Assembly (NCBI GenBank): GCA_049472335.1
Contig: JBLIRO010000040.1
Span: 1-46,543 of the forward strand
Origin: a bacterium
Lineage (GTDB): Bacteria; SZUA-182; DTGQ01; JAFGSM01
Direction of reading: 5' to 3'
Length of the DNA: 46,543 bases
A model generated the notes under the pieces. The model had not been told where the DNA came from. It did no database searches and was given only the letters and a program-made list of their open reading frames with translations. Shown piece after piece: positions 8,942-19,711 of this stretch. Position 1 is the stretch's first letter; each line of letters begins with the position of its first letter. The translations under genes and the position numbers were made by a program.

Positions 8942-10150
8942 TCAAGGCAAGCCTTTCTCTTTTACCACCTTTGTTTTCTGTTGTCTTTCCCCAAGCCATA
9001 AAAAAGGATCCTGGGGACGGCCCTTATAGCGAATCTCAAAATACAATTCAGGACCCCGAATTGAATCCGTATCACCGACGGCTGCTATTCTGTCTCCGGC
9101 CTTGACTGATTGTCCCTCACGGACAAAGATCTCCGAAGCGTGGGCGTAGATCGAACTGTAACCTTTTCCATGGTCAATAATAACGAGTTTACCATATCCT
9201 AAAAACCACCCCGCATAAAGGACCTTTCCGGAACCTACACTTAAGATATCACTCCCAAAGGATGCCCGTATATCTATTCCATTATTGAGAATCTTCCTGT
9301 CAAGTCCTGAATCATGTTGTAATCCAAATGGAATTAATACTTTTCCCATAACAGGCCAAATCAGAGAGCCCTTCATCTTTGGAAAATCCCCTGAAGAAGC
9401 GGACCCGGAAGCCCAATTCTCGATCCTTTTCCGCAACGCCTCAGACCTCTTCTCCAGATCTTTCAACAGTGCAACCTGCCTCGTTTTATCCTTTCTTACC
9501 GAATCCAGTAATGCTCTTCTTTCCTTTTTTTGTTTTTCAAGTGATTCCTTCTCTTTAATCGCCCGTTCCTTATAGAGCTTTATCCTTCGTTCATATTGTT
9601 CTAATTCCTCGCTCTTTTTCCTGCATACATTGCTTTTTTCTCTCAAGGCATCCAGGATTCCGGTATCTTGGCGGGCAATATAACGCATCATAGCCATAGA
9701 CTGGAGAAGATCGCTTATGGAACGGGATGAGAAGATAACCCTTATCATCCCCATACCGCCGGATTTATATATGGCCCGGAGCCTTCCCTTAAGATGATCC
9801 AGGCTTCTTTCTATCTCCTTCTCCAATTCCCGGATCTCTAACTTCGTTCTCTCTTTCTTTTTTTGATTTTGAGCCAGATTCGATTCATATATCGCAAGCT
9901 CTTTCTCTCTCTTATCCAGACTCCGGTCGATCTTGTTCAACTCTTTCATTATAGAACGTTCCTTTTCTTCCTGCCTCAGGATGAGCTCTTTGCTCTTTTT
10001 GGCTTTTTTGTCAAGGCTCTTTAATTTTTCTTTTTCCCCTGACAGAGAAGGTTTTTTTTCCCCGCTGGCCACATCCCTTCCGGAGTACAGGCTGAAAACG
10101 GCTATACTGAGAAAGAGTATAATTGGTATTTTTCTTTTTTTAATAAGCAT
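8942..10150 (-). CDS. envC: Murein hydrolase activator EnvC (coiled coil + degenerate M23/LytM)
   Basis: Long coiled coil, WPVMG, NGIDI, IIDHG, LYFEIR; directly downstream of ftsX. Confidence 0.88.
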   Translation of the reverse strand: MLIKKRKIPIILFLSIAVFSLYSGRDVASGEKKPSLSGEKEKLKSLDKKAKKSKELILRQEEKERSIMKELNKIDRSLDKREKELAIYESNLAQNQKKKERTKLEIRELEKEIERSLDHLKGRLRAIYKSGGMGMIRVIFSSRSISDLLQSMAMMRYIARQDTGILDALREKSNVCRKKSEELEQYERRIKLYKERAIKEKESLEKQKKERRALLDSVRKDKTRQVALLKDLEKRSEALRKRIENWASGSASSGDFPKMKGSLIWPVMGKVLIPFGLQHDSGLDRKILNNGIDIRASFGSDILSVGSGKVLYAGWFLGYGKLVIIDHGKGYSSIYAHASEIFVREGQSVKAGDRIAAVGDTDSIRGPELYFEIRYKGRPQDPFLWLGERQQKTKVVKEKGLP

Positions 10151-10154
10151 TCGA

Positions 10155-11042
10155 TCAAAGCCTCAAAGAGAAAAGGCTTCCTACCCCTCCGACCCCCATT
10201 CCGAGACTTATTAAGAGATAAATTACTGAAAAGGGGATGAAGGAAACATTAAAAAGGCCTACGGACCCTAATAGATACGGGCTCAATTTATATTTAACAC
10301 CCTGGTAAAGTAAATAAAGAAGCCCCACGGATATGGCCCCCCCTAAGAAACCATTCAACAGCCCTTCTATTAAAAAAGGTGTTTTTATGAACCATCTGTG
10401 GGCCCCGACCAAACGCATGATTTCAACCTCTTCCTTGCGATTGATAAATGTCAGGTGAACCGTGTTCGAAATAATAAAAACAGACACAAAAACAAGCACA
10501 CTGCCGACTATAAAACCAACGGCTTTTATTAAAAAGAGAAAAACGGAAAGACGATTAACCCATTCCTTTCCGCTCTGTATTTCCTCGAATTCCGGTTTAC
10601 CCATTAAATTCTCCGTGACCTTATCCAGGGCGTTTACCCCCGACGTTTCATGAAGCAAAAGCTCAAAGGATGCGGGCAAAGGATTTTCATTGAGCCCCTC
10701 AATCAGATACTTATCCTCGCCGAGGGTTTCCTTGAATCTCTTCATAGCCTCGGATTTGCTTATAAAATTTACCTTCTTAACCTCAGGTATGGCTTTAAGT
10801 TCCGTTGTCAGGCTCATGATTTTTTCCTCTGCCAAGCCATCCCTGAGATAGCCTACCACTTTTACTTCATCGAGACAGCCCTTGAGAAGGGGGGAGATAT
10901 TGATCCACAAAAGAAAGAACAGACCCAGGTTGAGCATGGTGAAAGCTATTGTAATAATCGAGACTATACCGGTGACCCCACCTCTCTTGATATTATAAAG
11001 GCTGTCTTCAAGGCTGTAAAACAGGACTCTCAATCTGCTCAT
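10155..11042 (-). CDS. ftsX: Cell division permease FtsX
   Basis: 4 TM segments, ENPLPASF, ISNTV...RKEEVEIMRLVGA...PFLIEG. Confidence 0.93.
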   Translation of the reverse strand: MSRLRVLFYSLEDSLYNIKRGGVTGIVSIITIAFTMLNLGLFFLLWINISPLLKGCLDEVKVVGYLRDGLAEEKIMSLTTELKAIPEVKKVNFISKSEAMKRFKETLGEDKYLIEGLNENPLPASFELLLHETSGVNALDKVTENLMGKPEFEEIQSGKEWVNRLSVFLFLIKAVGFIVGSVLVFVSVFIISNTVHLTFINRKEEVEIMRLVGAHRWFIKTPFLIEGLLNGFLGGAISVGLLYLLYQGVKYKLSPYLLGSVGLFNVSFIPFSVIYLLISLGMGVGGVGSLFSLRL

Positions 11043-11730
11043 GACCAGGGACCTCTTTTTCTATCCTTCCATTATTTAAATAAACGGTTCTTTTTCCCAT
11101 CCTGGAGATTATGGATTGATTATGGGTAGCAACAATAAGTGTTGTTCCCCGCATATTGATCTGGTTAAAGGTCTCCATAATCTCTTCTTCCCGCTCTTGA
11201 TCCAGGTTGCCTGTAGGCTCGTCCGCCAAAACAAGGGGGGGATTGTTGACCAATGCCCTCACAATGGCTACCCTCTGTTGCTCTCCGCCTGAAAGCTCCA
11301 TGGGATAGGCATCTATCTTCTTCTCCAGACCTACCATTTCTAGCGCCTTCCATGCCTTTTTTTTTCTATCCTTCGGGGAATGGCCGAATAAGCGCAGGAC
11401 AAAATCGATATTTTGAAAAACGGTTCTGTTCTTGAGAAGGCGGAAATCCTGGAATACTACTCCTACCTGACGTCTCAGGTGGTGTAAATTGGATTCCCGG
11501 ATCCGGCTTAGATTTCTGCCTAAAACTATAATCCGGCCTAAGGAAGGAACTTCTTCAACAAAGAGGAGCTTCAGGAAAGTAGTTTTGCCGGCCCCGCTGG
11601 GGCCGGTGAGAAAACCAAACTCCCCGCTTCTTACATCCAGGCTGATATCATCCAAGGCCTGGCATTTATGTTTGAACCTCTTTGAGACATGAAACATCTG
11701 AATGGCTGGCACATTGGAAAAGGATTCCAT
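11008..11730 (-). CDS. ftsE: Cell division ATP-binding protein FtsE
   Basis: [35 protein letters not shown]. Confidence 0.95.
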   Translation of the reverse strand: MESFSNVPAIQMFHVSKRFKHKCQALDDISLDVRSGEFGFLTGPSGAGKTTFLKLLFVEEVPSLGRIIVLGRNLSRIRESNLHHLRRQVGVVFQDFRLLKNRTVFQNIDFVLRLFGHSPKDRKKKAWKALEMVGLEKKIDAYPMELSGGEQQRVAIVRALVNNPPLVLADEPTGNLDQEREEEIMETFNQINMRGTTLIVATHNQSIISRMGKRTVYLNNGRIEKEVPGHEQIESPVLQP

Positions 11731-11736
11731 GATCCA

Positions 11737-12690
11737 TCATTTAGCTGGAGAAAAATCGGACTTTCGTTTTATAACCTCTTTTGTCGCCTCAATTATATCT
11801 TTAACCCCCAGACAGAACTTTTCCAATAATTCATTAGGCTTTCCGGAAACACCAAAGCAATCCTTCGTACCTATCCTTTTCAAATGGCATGGATGATTTG
11901 TTTCGACCAGCGCTTCAGCTACAGCGCTTCCGAGTCCCCCGATAATGGAGTGTTCTTCGGCTGTGACAATAGCACCTGTCTGACAAGCTGCTTCAAGGAT
12001 TGCTTCCTTGTCGATGGGTTTTATAGTCGACATGTTAACCACACGCACGGCAATCCCCTCTTTGGCCAAGCTCTCGGCTGCCTCAAGGGCCTGGGATACC
12101 ATGATACCAATGGCTATAATGGTTGCCTGGTCCCCGTCTCTAAGCATATCGGACTTCCCGATTTGGAAATGATAATTATCATCATAAATCACAGGGAATT
12201 TGCATCTGGCTAAACGGACATATACCGGCCCTCTGTGATTAGCTACAAACCTGATCACCTGTGCCGTCTCAATCCCATCAGCCGGGCATATAACAGTCAT
12301 ATTCGGCAATGCCCTCATCAGGGCGATATCTTCATTTGCATGGTGGGTAGCGCTATCCTCTCCCACTGTAATACCCGCGTGAGTGGAAACCAATTTAACA
12401 TTTTGATCTGAATAGCATACAGACTGGCGAATCTGGTCCCAGGCCCGTCCGGTTAAAAACACTGCAAATGTGCTTACAAAAGGGATCTTTCCACAGGTAG
12501 CCAATCCTGCGGCAGTTGAAATCATATCCTGCTCCGCAATACCCATATTAAAAAACCGTTCCGGATAAGCACAGGCAAACTTGCATGTTCGTGTAGATGC
12601 TGAGAGATCGGCATCCAATACCACTATATCTTTGTTCTTTTCCCCTAGCTCGACCAGAATATCTCCGTATACATCCCTTGTTCCAAGCAT
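11737..12690 (-). CDS. Transketolase C-terminal subunit
   Basis: DADLSAST, MGIAEQDM, GEDSATH, AEEHSIIGGLGS. Confidence 0.92.
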   Translation of the reverse strand: MLGTRDVYGDILVELGEKNKDIVVLDADLSASTRTCKFACAYPERFFNMGIAEQDMISTAAGLATCGKIPFVSTFAVFLTGRAWDQIRQSVCYSDQNVKLVSTHAGITVGEDSATHHANEDIALMRALPNMTVICPADGIETAQVIRFVANHRGPVYVRLARCKFPVIYDDNYHFQIGKSDMLRDGDQATIIAIGIMVSQALEAAESLAKEGIAVRVVNMSTIKPIDKEAILEAACQTGAIVTAEEHSIIGGLGSAVAEALVETNHPCHLKRIGTKDCFGVSGKPNELLEKFCLGVKDIIEATKEVIKRKSDFSPAK

Positions 12691-13616
12691 TATTTCGAAT
12701 TCCTCCCTATAGAGAGCTCAGCCAAAGCACGCTCAAGTTCCTCGGACGTGGGGGCCACACCATGATATTCAACCTTATTCTCCATAAAAGAGACACCCTT
12801 TCCCTTTACCGTATGACATATTATCATAGAAGGCCTTCCTTTAACCTCTTCCGTCGTTTCAAGCCTTTCTTTTATTTCCTCAACATTATGACCATCAACC
12901 TCATGGGTCTCCCAGCCAAAGGCCCTCCATTTAGCCGCCAGAGGTTCTACCTCCATGATTTTGCTTACAGGACCGTCGATCTGGAGTTTATTGAAGTCGA
13001 TCAACGCACAAAGATTGTCCAGGTGATAATGAGACGCGGTCATGGCCGCCTCCCAAATCTGGCCTTCCTGTACCTCTCCATCCCCCAACAATGCGTAAAC
13101 CCGGTATGTTTTCTTATCCAGTTTTCCGGCCAGGGCTATCCCATTGGCTACAGAGAGTCCCTGGCCCAATGATCCTGTAGAAATCTCTATACCTGGCGTA
13201 TTACAATTATAAGGATGCCCTTGTAGCATCGCACATACACATCTGAGTTTATCAAGCTCGGAAAGATCAAAATAGCCGAGTTTGGCCAAAACGACATATA
13301 GGGCCGGGGCCCCGTGCCCCTTAGAAAGCACGAACCTGTCCCGGTCAGACCAGTCTGGTTCTTTGGGCCTATGATGCATTTTTCCATAATAAAGGGCCAG
13401 GAGGATTTCCACAATAGAGAGTGAGCCGCCCGTATGGCCTGAACCTGCTTTAGCAAGTATCCTGAGAATATCCCCACGAATTTCCCTGCCGAGACTTTCC
13501 CAGTCCATTTCTAAATCGAACAATTCCTTTTTCATTACGTTCACGCTTATGTCTTTCTCATCATTACAACCTATATTGCCAAACATATCCCCCATCCTAA
13601 ATATATCTTTGACCAT
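12690..13616 (-). CDS. Transketolase N-terminal (TPP-binding) subunit; true start may be further downstream
   Basis: SGHTGGSLS, DRFVLSKGH, LQGHP, TGSLGQGL, GDGEVQEG. Confidence 0.92.
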   Translation of the reverse strand: MVKDIFRMGDMFGNIGCNDEKDISVNVMKKELFDLEMDWESLGREIRGDILRILAKAGSGHTGGSLSIVEILLALYYGKMHHRPKEPDWSDRDRFVLSKGHGAPALYVVLAKLGYFDLSELDKLRCVCAMLQGHPYNCNTPGIEISTGSLGQGLSVANGIALAGKLDKKTYRVYALLGDGEVQEGQIWEAAMTASHYHLDNLCALIDFNKLQIDGPVSKIMEVEPLAAKWRAFGWETHEVDGHNVEEIKERLETTEEVKGRPSMIICHTVKGKGVSFMENKVEYHGVAPTSEELERALAELSIGRNSK

Positions 13617-13674
13617 CTCAGGCTCAAAGATATGGCCAATTTTTTTATATATTATCCTTGCATATTCTCAGTAT

Positions 13675-13908
13675 TTATTCCACGAGCTCCAGCACATATC
13701 GTCTCCCATTTTTACCCCCAACACTTGCAAGAATGCTTCTTATGGCGGTAATGGTTCGACCGTTGCGGCCGATCACCTTGCCAAGATCACCCTCGGCCAC
13801 GCTCACCTCCAGGATAACGGTCTGATCTCCGTCGATTTCACTCACTTTAACTTGCTCTGGGTTGTCCACGATGGCCTTAACAATTTCCTTCAGCACGTCT
13901 TTTATCAT
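13675..13908 (-). CDS. khpA: KH-domain RNA-binding protein (UPF0109)
   Basis: 77 aa, IVDNPEQV...DLGKVIGRNGRTITAIRSIL. Confidence 0.9.
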   Translation of the reverse strand: MIKDVLKEIVKAIVDNPEQVKVSEIDGDQTVILEVSVAEGDLGKVIGRNGRTITAIRSILASVGGKNGRRYVLELVE

Positions 13909-14003
13909 TTCTCTTCCCTCGCTTTTTGGATTAGATCAAATAGGGGCAATCGAATTAGTCAATCAACAAGTAATCCATATATAAAACAATTTCTTGCTTT
14001 TTG

Positions 14004-14795
14004 TCAAGATACCTTGCTCTTTGCCTGTTCCCATAGTATATCTAATTCTGATAAATCAATCTCTTTCAAAGTTTGTCCTCTTTTCAGAATTGTACTCTCC
14101 ATTATTTTAAATCTCTCGATAAATCTTTTTGTCGCATTTCTCAGAGCCCCTTCAGGATCAAACCGAAGAAATCTGCTTATATTTATCATGGTAAAAAAAA
14201 GATCTCCAAATTCAGACCTGCATTTCTCTTTATCCCCATCAACCAGGGCCTCGCGAAACTCCACAATCTCCTCATCCAGCTTTTCCATTACATCCTCGAG
14301 TCTTGTCCAGTCAAAACCAACCCTGGAGACCTTTTCCTGAACCCTGTGCGCATAAGTCATGCTTGGGAGTCCCTTTGGAATACCATCCAACACCGATGAA
14401 TTCCCGCTTTTATTACCCTTTGCTTCCTCCGTGCGCTTGATCTCTTCCCACTTCTCCAACACCTCTGACGCGTTCTTTGCTGTTCCGTCAGAGAATACAT
14501 GTGGATGCCGACGGACCATTTTTTGGGATACGGTAGTTAAAATTTGTGCTATATCGAAATTGCCTTGTTCCTGACCGATCTGGGCTAAAAAAATGATCTG
14601 AAAGAGCAGATCGCCCAATTCTTCCTGAATCTTATCAGGATTTCCTTCTTCAATGGCTTCTATTACTTCATAACATTCCTCGATCAGAAAGGGTTTCAGA
14701 GACTCTATTGTCTGGGCGCGATCCCAGGGGCATCCATCCTCCCCTCTCAATCGCCTTATTATTTTTAAAAGCTCTCCAAACAGACGTATTTCCAT
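14004..14795 (-). CDS. mazG: Nucleoside triphosphate pyrophosphohydrolase MazG
   Basis: GCPWDRAQT, EELGDLL, RRHPHVF, GFDW, EFGDLFF. Confidence 0.95.
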   Translation of the reverse strand: MEIRLFGELLKIIRRLRGEDGCPWDRAQTIESLKPFLIEECYEVIEAIEEGNPDKIQEELGDLLFQIIFLAQIGQEQGNFDIAQILTTVSQKMVRRHPHVFSDGTAKNASEVLEKWEEIKRTEEAKGNKSGNSSVLDGIPKGLPSMTYAHRVQEKVSRVGFDWTRLEDVMEKLDEEIVEFREALVDGDKEKCRSEFGDLFFTMINISRFLRFDPEGALRNATKRFIERFKIMESTILKRGQTLKEIDLSELDILWEQAKSKVS

Positions 14796-14991
14796 GTTTT
14801 ATTATAACCTATATCTGATTGTTTATACAACCCTTTAGTCTACAAAAATTCCAATCATAATTCCAAAAATAGATTTTAAGCGCTAAAGTCTTAAATGGAA
14901 AGTGTTTAAAGGCAGAAAGGGAAATGTCAAAAGTGCTAAAGTTTCAAGTGTCTAAAGTTTTTATAGCTTTCCATAAATCTAATTTCTCATC

Positions 14992-15020
14992 TTGACAATT
15001 AGGCTTTTTCCTGATATTTT
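14992..15020 (+). promoter_or_regulatory. Sigma70 promoter of the hrcA operon
   Basis: TTGACA-N17-TATTTT with an extended TG, immediately before CIRCE. Confidence 0.65.
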
Positions 15021-15028
15021 TTACATGA

Positions 15029-15055
15029 TTAGCACTCTAAATATAAGAGTGCTAA
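15029..15055. promoter_or_regulatory. CIRCE operator (HrcA binding site)
   Basis: Perfect TTAGCACTC-N9-GAGTGCTAA upstream of hrcA. Confidence 0.97.
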
Positions 15056-15081
15056 TCATGTAAAAAACTATTTTTTTGAAT

Positions 15082-15135
15082 AATCCAATGGTTGATATTA
15101 TATTATTAAATCCAATGGTTGATATTATATTATTA
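15082..15135 (+). repeat. Perfect 27 bp tandem duplication
   Basis: aatccaatggttgatattatattatta at 15082-15108 and 15109-15135. Confidence 0.95.
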
Positions 15136-15230
15136 AAAAATTATTTAAGCAACGACAAATCAGTGTATTTAGATAGCTGCAAAAGTAAGCTATAACCCTG
15201 GCAAATGACAGAAAATTAGAATCAAAAATT

Positions 15231-16304
15231 ATGAATAAAAGGGACAATTTAATGGACAATAACAAAATACTTTCCGATAGGGAAATGTTGATTTTTCTTG
15301 CTCTTGTAACAGATTATATCAATAATTCTGAACCTGTAGGCTCCAGGACCCTGAGCAAAAAAATTGATATTGAACTTTCCCCTGCATCTATTCGAAATAT
15401 TATGGCAGACCTGGAGGAAAAGGGTTTTTTAACCCATCCTCATACCTCCGCGGGAAGAATTCCAACCGAAAAAGGATACCGATTCCTCGTAAATCATATC
15501 ATGGAATGCTTGATCAGGGAAAAAACAAAACCCCTGATCAGTCATAAGAATCTTGAATCTTTGCTAATCCAGATCAGGGAGAGGGCTGCAATGCTCTCAA
15601 AGATTTCCTCGATTCTTTCGAACCTATCTCGTTATTTAGGTGTGGTTATGGCTCCGAAGGTCTCCCAGCTCACACTTAAACACATTGATTTTGTTCATAT
15701 GGGAGGGCATCAGTGTCTGGCCATATTTGTATCCCAATCGGGACTGGTCTTTAACCGAATGATCAAGACGGAAGAGATTATTCAGCAGGAGCAGTTGGAC
15801 AAAATGGCCCGGTATGTGAATCACCAATTCGAAGGTCTGAGCTTATCGGAGATAAAGGAAAAAATCTTTCAAATCATGTCTGATGAAAAAATATTGTATG
15901 ACCGGTTTATTTGCCAGTCTATTCAGATGAGCAAAGATGTTATCGATCAAGAAGGAATTTGCGATGTTTATATAGATGGCCGGTTAAATATCCTGGACCA
16001 GCCTGAGTTTTCAGACCCTAAAAAGATGAGATCATTTTTTGACACTGTTGAAGAAAAAGAAAGGCTGATCAAGATAATGGATCAATACCAGGATGAAACC
16101 GGGGTTAAGGTAGTAATAGGATCTGAGAATCTGGATCCTCATATGAAAGATTGCAGCCTGGTTATGTGCCCTTATCAGATCCGATCACAGGTTCACGGCA
16201 TAGTAGGAGTAATAGGGCCAACGAGGATGCGATACAGGGAGGTCATATACACGGTCAATCAGATGGCTGCAATGATGACGAAAATCTTCCAGCAGATGCA
16301 ATAA
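15231..16304 (+). CDS. hrcA: Heat-inducible transcription repressor HrcA (start may be 15252)
   Basis: EPVGSRTL, SPASIRNIMADLE, PHTSAGRIPT, GVIGPTRM; CIRCE upstream. Confidence 0.96.
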   Translation: MNKRDNLMDNNKILSDREMLIFLALVTDYINNSEPVGSRTLSKKIDIELSPASIRNIMADLEEKGFLTHPHTSAGRIPTEKGYRFLVNHIMECLIREKTKPLISHKNLESLLIQIRERAAMLSKISSILSNLSRYLGVVMAPKVSQLTLKHIDFVHMGGHQCLAIFVSQSGLVFNRMIKTEEIIQQEQLDKMARYVNHQFEGLSLSEIKEKIFQIMSDEKILYDRFICQSIQMSKDVIDQEGICDVYIDGRLNILDQPEFSDPKKMRSFFDTVEEKERLIKIMDQYQDETGVKVVIGSENLDPHMKDCSLVMCPYQIRSQVHGIVGVIGPTRMRYREVIYTVNQMAAMMTKIFQQMQ

Positions 16305-16305
16305 C

Positions 16306-16911
16306 TTGCTTAAAAGGAGTATATATTATATGGGATTGTCACAGGATGAAAAAAACATCTCTCAAGAGCCCGAGATGCAAGAGGAAGGAAAACAAATGCA
16401 AAAAACTGCATCTAAAGATGAGGATACTATTTCAAAACTGACCGAGGAGCTGGCGGCCGAAAAAGAAAAAAACAAGGAATTGTACGAGAAATATCTTCGT
16501 TCGCAGGCAGAATTTGAGAACTTTAAAAAAAGGATAGAGCGTGAAAAGTGCGAATATTTCAAGTATGCCCTGGAGAGATTAATCAAAGACCTTTTACCGG
16601 TCTTTGATCACTTAGAGCTGGCTATCAAATCAGCCCAGGAATCAAAGGACTTCGATAGTTTTTCTGAAGGCGTACAATTGATATACAAGCAGTTGAAGGA
16701 TATCCTTGCCAAGGAAGGGCTTGCATACGAGTGCTCTGTGGGCGAAAAATTCGATCCCTGTAAACATGAGGCAATGATGCATATTGAATCAGGAGAGCAT
16801 GAGCCGAATGTCATAGTTGAAGAGCATAAAAAGGGTTATTTTCTGAATGATCGCCTTATCAGACCAGCCATGGTGACTGTAGCCAAAAAACCGGAAAAAC
16901 AGGGGCCGTGA
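16306..16911 (+). CDS. grpE: Nucleotide exchange factor GrpE (start probably ATG 16330)
   Basis: RSQAEFENFKKR, FDPCKHEA, GYFLNDRLIRPAMV. Confidence 0.96.
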   Translation: MLKRSIYYMGLSQDEKNISQEPEMQEEGKQMQKTASKDEDTISKLTEELAAEKEKNKELYEKYLRSQAEFENFKKRIEREKCEYFKYALERLIKDLLPVFDHLELAIKSAQESKDFDSFSEGVQLIYKQLKDILAKEGLAYECSVGEKFDPCKHEAMMHIESGEHEPNVIVEEHKKGYFLNDRLIRPAMVTVAKKPEKQGP

Positions 16912-16974
16912 GATACCCATTATAAAATAAATGATGAAAAATGAAATCTTATCAACAAAAAGGAGGATTATTAG

Positions 16975-18918
16975 ATGGGAAAAGTTATAGGCATTGATCT
17001 AGGCACCACAAATTCTTGTGTTGCCATCATGGAGGCTGGAGATCCTAAGGTACTTGAAAATGCCGAAGGCAATCGAACAACCCCTTCTATGGTAGCCTTT
17101 ACTGACAAAGGTGACAGACTGGTCGGCCAGATTGCCAAAAGGCAGGCCATAACCAATCCGGATAATACCATTTTTTCAGTCAAAAGACTTATTGGGAGAC
17201 GTTTTAACAGTGAGGAGGTCAAAAAGGCCATCAAGGTGAGCCCATTTAAGATCGTAGAAGGAAAACACGGGGAGTGCGCCATTGAGGTATTGGGCAAGAA
17301 GTATACGCCACCCGAGATATCAGCCATGATCCTTCAGAAGATGAAGGAAACCGCAGAGAGATATCTCGGCGAAAAGGTCACAGATGCAGTTATTACAGTA
17401 CCGGCCTATTTTAATGACAGTCAAAGACAGGCCACCAAGGATGCTGGCCGAATCGCGGGATTGAATGTGCTGAGGATAATAAATGAACCTACCGCCGCCT
17501 CATTGGCCTATGGACTGGACAAAAAACATGACGAGAAGATCGCCGTATACGACCTGGGCGGAGGGACCTTTGATATATCCATCCTGGAATTGGGTGAAGG
17601 GGTTTTCGAAGTTAAATCCACCAACGGCGACACCTATCTGGGAGGAGACGATTTCGACCAGAGGATAATAAACTGGCTTGCTGATGAATTCAAAAAAGAC
17701 CAGGGGATCGACCTGAGGCAGGACAAGATGGCACTCCAAAGATTGAAAGAGGCGGCTGAAAAGGGTAAATGCGAGCTTTCTTCTTCAGTTCAAACGGATA
17801 TAAATCTCCCGTTCATTACAGCGGATGCCACCGGACCTAAGCACATGAATATCACGCTCACCCGGGCAAAGCTGGAACAATTGGTAGGGGATCTCGTTGA
17901 AAAAACCATAGAGCCTTGTCGTCTTGCTTTAAAGGACGCAAATCTCTCTCCTTCCGATATAAACGAAGTAATATTGGTCGGCGGGCAGACCAGGATGCCC
18001 CTGGTCCAGGAAACGGTAAAAAAATTCTTTGGCAAAGATCCTCATCAAGGAGTAAATCCGGACGAGGTGGTAGCAGTGGGGGCGGCTATACAAGGCGGGG
18101 TTCTTACCGGAGATGTGAAGGATGTGCTTCTTCTCGATGTCACTCCCCTTTCACTGGGTATCGAGACATTAGGCGGCGTATTCACTAAACTTATCGAGAG
18201 GAATACCACTATTCCTACTAAGAAGGCACAGATCTTTTCAACTGCCGCTGATAATCAGACTGCCGTAAGCATCAATGTCCTTCAGGGAGAAAGGGAGATG
18301 GCGGCAGACAATCGTAGCCTGGGCCGTTTCGATCTTATCGGTATACCTCCGGCTCCCAGGGGGATCCCTCAGATTGAGGTAACCTTTGACATAGATGCAA
18401 ACGGCATCCTTAATGTCTCTGCCCAGGATAAGGCCACAGGAAAGCAGCAGGCCATTCAGATCACATCATCCAGTGGTCTCTCTGAAGAGGAAATTAAAAA
18501 AATGGTCAAGGATGCTGAGCAGCATGCTTCTGAGGACAAAAAGAAGAAGGAGCTGGCAGAGGCCAGGAATCAGGCAGATAGTCTCATCTTCCAGATAGAT
18601 AAAAACCTGGGCGAATTCGGGGATAAGATCAATGAATCTGACAAGGCAAAAATCAATGAAGCAAAGGACAGGCTTCAAAAATTAAAGGACGAAAGCACGG
18701 ACGCTGACACAATCAAGAAAGGCATTGATGAGCTCACTAAGGCTTCCCATAAACTGGCTGAACAGATGTATGCCCAGGCATCATCTCAACAGACATCCCA
18801 GGGACAAGGGGCTCAGGAAGCAGGGGCCGAAAGCGCAGGTAGTGGACCTCAGGCCGGACCAGAAGGAGAAAATGTGGTTGACGCGGATTTCGAGGTAGTA
18901 GATGAGGATAAAAAATAA
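16975..18918 (+). CDS. dnaK: Chaperone DnaK
   Basis: [32 protein letters not shown]. Confidence 0.99.
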   Translation: MGKVIGIDLGTTNSCVAIMEAGDPKVLENAEGNRTTPSMVAFTDKGDRLVGQIAKRQAITNPDNTIFSVKRLIGRRFNSEEVKKAIKVSPFKIVEGKHGECAIEVLGKKYTPPEISAMILQKMKETAERYLGEKVTDAVITVPAYFNDSQRQATKDAGRIAGLNVLRIINEPTAASLAYGLDKKHDEKIAVYDLGGGTFDISILELGEGVFEVKSTNGDTYLGGDDFDQRIINWLADEFKKDQGIDLRQDKMALQRLKEAAEKGKCELSSSVQTDINLPFITADATGPKHMNITLTRAKLEQLVGDLVEKTIEPCRLALKDANLSPSDINEVILVGGQTRMPLVQETVKKFFGKDPHQGVNPDEVVAVGAAIQGGVLTGDVKDVLLLDVTPLSLGIETLGGVFTKLIERNTTIPTKKAQIFSTAADNQTAVSINVLQGEREMAADNRSLGRFDLIGIPPAPRGIPQIEVTFDIDANGILNVSAQDKATGKQQAIQITSSSGLSEEEIKKMVKDAEQHASEDKKKKELAEARNQADSLIFQIDKNLGEFGDKINESDKAKINEAKDRLQKLKDESTDADTIKKGIDELTKASHKLAEQMYAQASSQQTSQGQGAQEAGAESAGSGPQAGPEGENVVDADFEVVDEDKK

Positions 18919-18946
18919 AAGGCAAGATACACCGTAAGGTGGCATC

Positions 18947-19687
18947 ATGGCCAGACTTTTTTGGATCAATGAGAAGCTATACGTATCATCATATGTAAAA
19001 TTTTCGGGAGAGGAGTTGCACCATCTCCGGGTTATGAGAATCGTCCCCGGAGATGTTATCAATATTGCCAATGGCTCTGGTGATTTCTATAAGGCACAGA
19101 TAATAGAGATGACCAGGGCCCAGGCTTTATTAAAAGTAATTAAAGAAGAAAAGTTACCCAAAAGGCCAAGGCCAAAAATAAATTTGGGACAAGCTATCCC
19201 CCGTCACAACAAGATAGAATTCATCCTGCAAAAGGCTACAGAGCTTGGAGTGGATAATATATATACACTCCAGACCGAAAGGAGTTTCCTCCAAAAAAAT
19301 AAATCTCTGAGCCAAAACAGATGGCAAAGATGGGAACGAATCATAAAAGAGGCTGCCAAGCAATCCGGCAGGATAGATTTACCTTCCCTTATTTTTCCGC
19401 AGGCAATGGATTCTTTTTTAAAAAACGGACCGAAGGCTGATCTTAAAATTTGTTTCTGGGAGGGAAGCGATCCCGGGAAAACTCTGAAGGATCTCTTACG
19501 GGGACTTAAAAGACCCGATTCAATCACCATGCTTATCGGTCCCGAAGGGAGTTTTTCCCAAAAAGAGATAGAAAATATAAGGGCATCAGGATATCATCTT
19601 CTGTTCTGTGGTCCCAGAATTATGCGCGTCGAGACTGCAGCCTTTACTTGTATGGCAATATGCCGGTATGAATGGGGTGATCTTTAG
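18947..19687 (+). CDS. rsmE: 16S rRNA m3U1498 methyltransferase
   Basis: HHLRVMR, QKATELG, EAAKQSGR, IGPEGSF, RIMRVETA. Confidence 0.93.
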   Translation: MARLFWINEKLYVSSYVKFSGEELHHLRVMRIVPGDVINIANGSGDFYKAQIIEMTRAQALLKVIKEEKLPKRPRPKINLGQAIPRHNKIEFILQKATELGVDNIYTLQTERSFLQKNKSLSQNRWQRWERIIKEAAKQSGRIDLPSLIFPQAMDSFLKNGPKADLKICFWEGSDPGKTLKDLLRGLKRPDSITMLIGPEGSFSQKEIENIRASGYHLLFCGPRIMRVETAAFTCMAICRYEWGDL

Positions 19688-19711
19688 ATTTATTGAAAGG
19701 AGAAACTAAAG

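Noticed and set aside
13549..14340. 263 aa plus-strand ORF (and other antisense ORFs such as 12597..13172)
   Set aside because: Antisense to well-supported khpA, mazG and transketolase genes; no recognisable motifs
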